Source of the DNA: Amphiscolops sp. MND2022
Lineage: Eukaryota
Assembly: GCA_964187785.1 (NCBI GenBank)
Contig: OZ076409.1
Coordinates: 21,516,001 to 21,576,000, forward strand
DNA length: 60,000 nt
Direction of reading: 5' to 3'
The stretch's first letter is position 1, and each line of letters starts with the position of its first letter. This document shows, one piece after another, positions 53,501-60,000 of this stretch. Both the position numbers and the translations under genes were made by a program. Under the pieces are notes generated by a model that had not been told where the DNA came from, did not search any database, and saw only the letters and a program-made list of their open reading frames with translations.

Positions 53501-54516
53501 TTCAAGTCTCAATGCCGTAAAAAATGTTCGGCATACATGAATTTTACAGACGGCTCCTGTCACGCGATAAATGAAATACTCAATATGCGAAACCTTAATA
53601 AATACTGAATTCTGAGTTTTATAAAGGTTGTATTCAAAAGCAAGTGTGATGTGGATTTGAAAATGTAAAAACTTCAGTTTCGGTTGCACTTTTTATGTAA
53701 AAATTCTTGCACACTGAGTAAATTTCGAAACGATTTTCTTGATATGAAGGTGCCCATGTTGTTTAGGATAAACCGATAGACCTTAGTGCGCTTGGAGAGA
53801 AGAGACAACAAGTGATGGATGAGAAGTACACTGAAGACGGCTTCCTCAAGATTGACCCCAAGGACCCCAACCGGCCGAGGTACACCAAGGCAGAACTGCT
53901 TCAGGTCATCCGTGAAAAGGCTGATCTGAATCTACAGAAAATGTACTTGGAGGAGGAGCTTGAACTTGTGAAGTAAGTTGAAATCATACGGTGGCTACCT
54001 TTTGATCTCAATTTTTAACCTCTTACGCTGTAAAATGTCATGTTTTCAGGGAGCAGCTGAAACAATTGCAGCAGTCCCATACTCAGACCCAAAAGAGACT
54101 GGCTCAAGCTAATGAGAGAAGATCTATCCGCAAGCTGTAAGTTGTTGACTCATTTGCTCACTAATTTTAGTAAGAGTGATCTGTTCTGATGAAATGATAC
54201 TCGTTGCAGGTTCGGAATATTCAGACACAGGCATTCGCATCCCAATGCCAATAATTTGGCCATGAGTAGTGGCAAGGCGTCATACTCGGCGTCGGCAGAT
54301 TTCAGCGACGCTAAGTTGCCTGCGCAAAGGAGACCTTCGTGTGACTCCGTGACCTTCGACACCACAGGAGCTGTATCGAGTAATGGCAAGCACAGCAGAA
54401 GTGTGAGACCTCCTTCGTGGGTCACCAGAACTGGGCCTAAGTACGATAACCGAGAGAGCTCAGTGACACTCGTTGTCCCTTCGTCACCGCCCCCACCCAG
54501 AGACACGGAGTTTTGA
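38525..54516 (+). CDS. RILPL1: RILP-like protein (RH1 and RH2 domains) with very long central insert, ~1305 aa
   Basis: Phase-compatible exons join(38525-38659,44122-44153,44317-44476,44549-44708,45348-45460,47792-47977,48367-48498,49737-49829,49910-50029,50103-50270,50871-52889,53767-53972,54050-54136,54210-54516). RH1-like LITLDEIYKLAKKISEDFDEF..NIITALEQ plus coiled coil; RH2 IDPKDPNRPRYTKAELLQVIREKADLNLQKMYLEEEL; SIRKLFGIF resembles the RILPL C-terminal motif. Confidence 0.85.
38899..39925. repeat. Tandem duplication, two ~525 bp units
   Basis: TCATCTTACGCATCATCTGTGATTTG starts at ~38899 and ~39425; the units are nearly identical, with a short deletion in the second. Confidence 0.9.
40000..42040 (-). 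mobile_element. Second CRE-like non-LTR retrotransposon, internally deleted, with N-terminal PHD-like finger
   Basis: WCAVCNYVHTKCSG..FVCVRC; GSHGPSGVDANEWRR, KNPGVRPIGV; TEDEARLNIKANGLW..AFFNVKIFNP (REL endonuclease); YIRTKINCALYRNCVQCLRG. Confidence 0.8.
45172..45230 (-). mobile_element. Degenerate tRNA-like SINE fragment
   Basis: Minus strand TTGGTTAGGATG...GGGGCTTCGAATCTCG, A/B-box-like. Confidence 0.4.
45556..47276 (+). mobile_element. Tc1 (DD34E-type) DNA transposon, inactivated
   Basis: TIR CACTATGGTAGCAAAAAGCGACGTACA / TGTACGTAGCTTTTTGGTACCATAGTG with TA TSD; HTH with GRPEKLS; FSDKT, FQQDNA, WPAYSPDLNPI*; catalytic E codon is now TAA; ~490 bp insertion at ~46115-46605. Confidence 0.92.
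47481..47549 (-). mobile_element. tRNA-derived SINE head (or tRNA pseudogene)
   Basis: Minus strand GTCCCTATGGCACAGTGGTC...GGTTCGAATCTCTCTGGG contains pol III A and B boxes; acceptor and anticodon stems pair poorly. Confidence 0.6.
49058..49495. mobile_element. hAT-like MITE
   Basis: TIR CAGGGCTGTTCA/TGAACAGCCCTG; perfect 8-bp TSD TCAGAAAC. Confidence 0.85.
50871..52889 (+). CDS. RILPL1: Giant acidic/Ser-rich exon of the RILPL gene
   Basis: 2019-nt open frame, TTGCAG acceptor ending 50870, GT at 52890, phase 0-0. Confidence 0.75.
53767..53972 (+). CDS. RILPL1: RILPL exon encoding the RH2 (Rab-binding) domain
   Basis: DPKDPNRPRYT..EL..V..E.....K..LEEEL; AG 53765-66, GTAAGT 53973. Confidence 0.9.
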
Positions 54517-54751
54517 ATTGCTTTTTAATTGTCATCTATCTTTCATTTACAATTTCAATGTCATTACTATTCATATGTTTCAAATTATTCTTTAGACTTC
54601 CTACTTTTCACTGGTGATAATTTATATTGATCTAAAGTTTCAAATTCTACAATCTAGTGTATGAACTAAAACCCCCAGATGAAAAGTCACTCTACATTGA
54701 TAGCGAAAATCTCAACAATATTTCTTCACTCTCGCAATGTTAGGTCAGTGC

Positions 54752-55180
54752 CGGTGTATTGTACAAGATATACGATGAAAAATTATACTAAACCCACAAT
54801 TTTCTATACGAATTATATGTTTTACGAAGATGCCATTATTATACGAGTTATACGGAGAATCGTTCTTCAGCCTTTTTGCGTCGATTTTCCCGTAACGGGC
54901 TAAGGAAGGTTTTGAAAATTATGAAAATTTCGTGATAAATTCCAAATGAAGTCCATCCTAAAATGGTAATAAGCTATTTTTTGAGATTTGGAATGGGGGC
55001 TATTGCATTCCCCTTTTTTGAAGCAATGAACGCTTTCCGATAGAAAAATGATCCAAAAATTGTGCTTCATGCCTTTATACGATATAAGAGGGCCAATTAT
55101 ACGAATATGCGATATACGAAACGTTCCATTATCATACGATTACACGTTATGAGAGGAACTCAGTATACGACAATACACTG
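54752..55180. mobile_element. hAT-like MITE with ATACGA subterminal repeats
   Basis: TIR CGGTGTATTGT/ACAATACACTG; perfect 8-bp TSD GTCAGTGC. Confidence 0.85.
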
Positions 55181-55628
55181 GTCAGTGCTATTATTGGATC
55201 AAGAAGGTTTTTCGAATATCGACACTGAACTGATCTGTCTGAAGCGTTCTGTGCTGATCCATTGACCTAACAATGATATTTCTTACTTCCAAGCCAATCA
55301 AGTTTGTTCAACGGTCTATTTCAACTCTTTCAGTATTAGAAGAATGCATGCTATTTTTTTCTGGCACAAATTGCCTATTTTTGCGCTTTAGGCTTCGTAA
55401 TGGTTTCAAAATCATGAGAATTTTCCTTTGATCAATGAAATCTAATATTTCTAACGCTGAAATGAAATTCTACACTGAGGCTGAAAATTCGTTTCGATTT
55501 GTACAGCAACTGGATCAGACTATAAGTTTAGCAACCGTGACTATTGTTGCTAAATTGATGCACAGAAGCTAGCTATTTTTACTATTTCGGATGTGTGGAC
55601 GGTTGTCTTGAAAGTCTAAATTTACTTC

Positions 55629-55885
55629 GTTTAGTTATTCGCTAGAGATTGTTCTTGTTTGTAAAAATTAGTTTCAGTTTGAAATACTTTAGATTAAAGA
55701 GTAAGAAAGTCCGACTAACATGGCTGGTAGTTGTAGCGATTGTGTTGGTAAACTGGGTCAAAAAATTAACTGCAACTTGTCAACTGGCACGGGTCAGACG
55801 GGCGGCAACAGGTTAGTAATATTTAATTAAACAGGCCCCGGAAGGTTTAAGTTTGTGTTGAGATTCGAGGGAAATTTGGGGAAGA
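55629..55885 (-). repeat. Diverged direct copy of LTR-element internal segment 56686-56941
   Basis: Colinear ~255 bp match (GTTTAGTTATT..GCTAGAGATT ... GAGATTCGAGGGAAAT..GGGGAAG) with scattered substitutions. Confidence 0.85.
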
Positions 55886-55983
55886 GACGTCGTGAAATAC
55901 ATGTTCTTTTTAATAACAAGAAGAAGCTTGAGGATATAAAACTGCTAGTTTATATTAAAAGCGAATTAGCGTCTGTCAGAAAA

Positions 55984-56184
55984 TGTAACGTTTAGTAGAA
56001 ACAATGTTATTATTACGGGACACTTGGCTTGATCAAATTTAGGGACATTTTGTTTAAATAAGCAGTTTATTGTTTGTCAGTTTGAGTGTTATTATTTCTC
56101 CAGAAGAGTTCTATTTTGTTATCTGTTATCTGTAGCCAATGAAAATACTGGCTTGCTGTTACTGGTTCACTGCAGTCCGCTATA
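55984..56184 (-). repeat. Putative 3' LTR (~200 bp)
   Basis: Termini TGTAACG...CGCTATA (imperfect inverted repeat), adjacent polypurine tract, minus-strand AATAAA near 56066-71; the partner LTR is not in the window. Confidence 0.6.
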
Positions 56185-56850
56185 AATGCCCCCTCCCTGT
56201 GGCTTGCGTCCTCGTAAGGTTAGGTGGATGGATGAAAAAGGACCATTAACTGCGGGTAAACTGTTGGTCCTTGGGGGAAGGCGAGTTGAATCCGGGTTTC
56301 TTGAGGTACAGTCCCCACACGTATGGTCGCTATCTAGTAGGAAGCGAAGGCCACAATGATCGTATACACGACCCAATGTTGGAATACTGAGAACTCGTTT
56401 GATTGCTGTGATGAGGGGGACTAAGCGCGCGGCATCTTGTACCTGTGGATTGTCATAGGAGGTCAAAGTTTTAACGGGAGGTGAGAATCGGAGCAGTGTT
56501 TTAGCATGCAAAGCAACTGTGTCGTCGGAGGCGGAAGGTGTGCAGCATAGAAAATGGTAGAAAATAGTACAAGGTGTTGATGTGGTATAAAAATCTATGG
56601 GCAACGAGAGCGAATGTCCTCTGATTAAGGACAAAAGGGCACGGGAACTGCCATTATCTGTGTGGGCTAACCTACTGCGTAAATCGTTTAGTTATTTGCT
56701 AGAGATTTTTCTTGTTTGTAAAAATTAGTTTAAGTTCGAAATACATTTGATTAAAGAGTAAGAAAGTCCAACTAACATGGCTGGTAGTTGTAGCGATTGT
56801 GTTAATAAACTGGGTCAAAGAATTACCTGCAACTTGACAACTGGCACGGG

Positions 56851-57174
56851 TCAGACGGGCGGCAACAGGTTAATAATATTTTTTTGAACAGGCCCCGGAG
56901 GGTTTAAGTTTGGGTTGAGATTCGAGGGAAATCCGGGGAAGTCGGAAATTTCCTCAATTTTTGTTAGGGAATCAGCCATGAGGCTGTTATGAGTGCTGTT
57001 GAGATCTGTTTGGGCAGTGCGCAAGTCCTCAATACGTTTCTGCAGGATGTTCTCTGTCTGAAGTGCTTTTAATTGAGAGTAGGCTTCCAGAAAGCCTTCG
57101 TGCAGTTTGGAGCACTCCCTGCGGGCATCGTTGAAAGCCCTCTCCAAATGCTCGACGGAGCTAAAATCCGTCAT
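56851..57174 (-). CDS. Putative accessory coiled-coil protein of the LTR element (107 aa)
   Basis: ATG-initiated open frame with heptad-like segment and Pro/Asn-rich end; its ATG overlaps the stop of the upstream ORF (TAATG). Confidence 0.45.
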   Translation of the reverse strand: MTDFSSVEHLERAFNDARRECSKLHEGFLEAYSQLKALQTENILQKRIEDLRTAQTDLNSTHNSLMADSLTKIEEISDFPGFPSNLNPNLNPPGPVQKNIINLLPPV

Positions 57175-57657
57175 TAAGTTGCACTATTCGTCCATGGCGT
57201 CTTGTTTGATAAGGTTTGCTTGTACTTTCGGGGCACTGGGTCTAGGCAAAAGCAGTTGTTAGTGGGCAGGTCGACTTCGGCGACGGACTCAGCAGTAAGC
57301 GGAGGCGTGACCCAGAGTTTGTTGAGGAAACGACGAAAGGGAGAGCGATTATCGTTCACCTTCTGTAAGGGACAAGTACGGCCATCCGGGAAGAGTTTCT
57401 TTGATATAGCGGGTATACTCGACTAGGTGAACCATGTCACCGACACCAACTGGAGCGACGCGGTCAAAGCAGGTGACCACTGGGGTCTTGGAAGCAGCCG
57501 GGGCCAAGAGTATACCTAAGAGACCAAAAAAGGGAGGTAACAAAGACTAGGGGTATCCTACTAAAAAGCATGGAAACATGCGAAGAGCAGGACAGTCGTC
57601 CAGGGTTTTCAAATAGAAGGTGAACACTGAGCATCATCATCAGATGAAGAATAAAAG

Positions 57658-57925
57658 CGCAACGTAAAAGTACGTGCGTTTGCATCACACGAGGTGACTA
57701 CTATGCGGAGTATGAACGTGGAAACACGTTCCGGGGCATCACACAAGGTGAAGAATAATTGTCAATGAACGCGGAAACACGTTCAAGGGCATCACTTGAA
57801 GTGAGATTTGGTTAATTGAACGCGGAAGCACGTTCGAGAGCATCACATAGAGTGAAGATGTGTTTGCAATGAACGCGGAAACACGTTCGAAAGCATCACT
57901 TCAAGTGACGATTTGTTGGATTAAT
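57658..57925 (-). repeat. Array of five ~52 bp double-hairpin units
   Basis: TGAACGYGGAARCACGTTC-N4-GCATCAC-N5-GTGA at 57713, 57766, 57817, 57870, plus a diverged unit at ~57658. Confidence 0.9.
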
Positions 57926-58027
57926 GATGTGAGTGTTATTGTGCTGTTGAATCGTTATAAATAGGTGCGCTAATAGGAGGGTAAACACGGTTAGGAAGTG
58001 TGGGGGGATGTGTTGAATTTTCATGCG

Positions 58028-59900
58028 TTAGAGAAGAAGTAAGACGCTTAGTGGTTGCATAGAAGCGTTGAAAGTCGAAAGTTGAACAGGTTGTCGTAAC
58101 GTTTCTTGTGCGAGTTTCTGCAAAGCATGGAACTCAGTGACGGAAAGATAAAGGAAAGATGAATCATCACCATGAGGCCGCTGAGAAGAGTCACCTATGA
58201 TGTGCAGAAAACGTACATCACGGTGAGGATGGGAGAGCATGCGTTGTCATTATCGACGAAAGAGGGTGAAACTGACACAAAAGGTTAACAATGAGATGGT
58301 AATAGACGTGAGAGAACAGAACGGCTGTTTTTGTAGGTAGATAGGATGACAACGCAGCAAAAGTAGCAGGAGAAATATACGAGTAGTATTGAGCATTGGG
58401 TCGTGTTAGTTCGTCCTATGACGAGCGATGACATGATACATGCAATCTGCTAGGTAAAAAGCTTGCGGAGCATCCGGTAAAAGAACAGATTCCACTTTAC
58501 AGTTACGATTAGATGCGACATCATAGTTATGAAAAAGATAAACAATTGTATCATCAGAAGTAGTAGAAAAACTTTTGCGGCACAGTTTAATACGGGTATT
58601 ACCAGAGCATTGTTGCAATGTTGACGCTCCAAGTTCTGCAAACTGTGGATTATCTGTAGAAATGGGTAAAAAAGTCTTTGCAAGCTGATATAAAGAAGCA
58701 GTGAGATCGTCGTTAGGTTGGTACAAAGAAGTGGCGTGATAAACGTTAAAAGTAGAAGACTTAGAGTTCATGGGAACACCAAGGACAACTGAAATGCTAG
58801 TAGTTAAAAGTGAGACTTCCAAAACCATATTTGTTTCATAACAGACAGCTTCCTGTCCAACACGGATTGCCGGAGAAAGTTTTGTGCCACGGAGAATCTC
58901 ATCATAGGCCAGTTCTCGGACTATGGAGGCAAATTGGTCGGGGAGTAAAATCTGTGGTTTAACATCCAGCGGAAAGGGATGAAATTGTGGAAAAAAGGAA
59001 ATTTTTAGGCGTAAAATGCCGCTCGAAGACTTTTTACGTGCGTGTACAAGTGTCCTAACTGTCCAATGTAATCACGAATTTGCTGCGCGATGACCACGTT
59101 CCGGGTTATATGTGAATAGCCATCATGTAGAGTAGACAAGGTTTCTTTTATGTTGAGAATATCATTCTCGAGGGTTTTGAGGTGAGTACCCACAACTTTT
59201 TATCTTTGCAACACTTTCGTGAGTGCTTTTTATCTCATTTCCCAATAGGAAGAAATTTCTGTCATTCTTCGTTTGCACTCTCGTCAGAGTGTCTTGCAGT
59301 GCCTGCTGGTTTCTCATTATATTGCGAACATCAGCCTCAAGGGTTTATTTTCAGTGCAAAGGCTAAAAATTGAGAGTGCTGAATATGCAGCCTCTTTGAC
59401 TGGGTCACCTAACTCCTGCGGCTGCCACTCTTAGACCAAGGGCTCTTTTTCCTCTATGGTCCACGTTTTGGGGTTCCTGTGACAGAAACGATTTTGCCAC
59501 CCGGAGTAACTCCGTTTTATTGTATTTCCTGCTCCAGTAGAGGCAGTTTCGCTTCTTATTCGTTGAACAAGAGTTCAAAGGCATCCTCATCCTGGCCGTT
59601 TTGCATAACTTGACAGTTTCCATTCTGGTGAGCGTATTAGAGTGTCCTCTAGTCTGCAGTATGGTGTGGGCATCTGTCAAGTTGATTGCCGGAATCTCAG
59701 GGAATGGCGAAAACACTCGAACTTTGCTTTCACTTTCCGAAGTGACAGCTTGACATTTGTAGACAAACGCGGCTCCTTTCTTGAAGACCGGTGTTTTGTC
59801 CTTATTGATGTTGGTGTCGTATTGCACGCCATAGGAGCTCAAGACTAGACGGCAGAATACGAGAAGGGGGATGAAGGAATATTAAGTCAAAGTAGACATT
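58028..59900 (-). pseudogene. env: env-like class I fusion glycoprotein (errantivirus/baculovirus F-like organisation), frameshifted
   Basis: Hydrophobic leader LIFLHPLLVFCRLVLS; furin-like RGKR|ALGLRVAAAG; heptads (DVRNIMRNQQALQDTLTRV, LKTLENDILNIKETL); Cys-rich ectodomain (LQQCSG..KLCRK..NCKV); TM-like LTSITISLLTFCVSFTLFRR at ~58255-58315; cytoplasmic tail. Confidence 0.75.
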
Positions 59901-60000
59901 CTTTGAAGTCTAAACACGTCAAGCAGTAGTACATTGGGTGTAGTGCATAGAAGCGGATGTGCGGAGGTAGTTTGTTAGTGTTGTTAGCACTTCTTACCAG

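Larger units (their letters stand above)
55984..60000 (-). mobile_element. 3' part of an envelope-bearing LTR retrotransposon / endogenous virus-like element
   Basis: Minus strand order: env-like gene, hairpin array, small ORFs, PPT AGGGAGGGGG (56189-98), LTR 55984-56184; continues beyond the window. Confidence 0.75.

Noticed and set aside
53237..53689. ORFs 53237-53608(+) and 53240-53689(-)
   Set aside because: Within an intron and overlapping a dispersed repeat; not needed for the RILPL reading frame
55629..56941. The 255-bp direct repeats as a pair of LTRs
   Set aside because: No TG..CA termini, PBS or PPT next to them; the PPT and LTR-like termini are at 55984-56198
57713..57925. CRISPR array or hammerhead ribozyme interpretation of the hairpin array
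   Set aside because: Eukaryotic context, no cas genes, linkers only 12-16 nt and related to each other; no CUGANGA core on either strand

Overview
Eukaryotic, animal-type genomic DNA with GT-AG introns and abundant transposons; no prokaryotic features. Two spliced host genes lie on the + strand. (1) A highly divergent teneurin (~4.5-18.15 kb, 13 phase-compatible exons, ~2165 aa; it may start upstream of the window). It has only six EGF repeats, no unpaired EGF cysteines and no recognisable Tox-GHH/TCAP tail. (2) A RILP/RILPL-family gene (38525-54516, 14 exons, ~1305 aa) whose RH1 and RH2 domains are separated by a very long acidic Ser-rich insert. Between them is a nest of decayed transposons: a CRE-type REL retrotransposon split by Mutator-like MITEs and by a PHD/CCHC APE-LINE, an inverted second copy of that LINE, a CR1/L2-group LINE and a Gypsy integrase relic. 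RILPL introns hold a second CRE-like element, a Tc1 element, hAT-like MITEs and tRNA-like SINE heads. The last ~4 kb is the 3' half of a minus-strand, envelope-bearing LTR element. It contains a decayed class I fusion-like env (furin site, heptads, TM), then an array of five double-hairpin units, several small accessory ORFs, a PPT and a ~200 bp LTR. All calls come from manual reading; no database searches were run.
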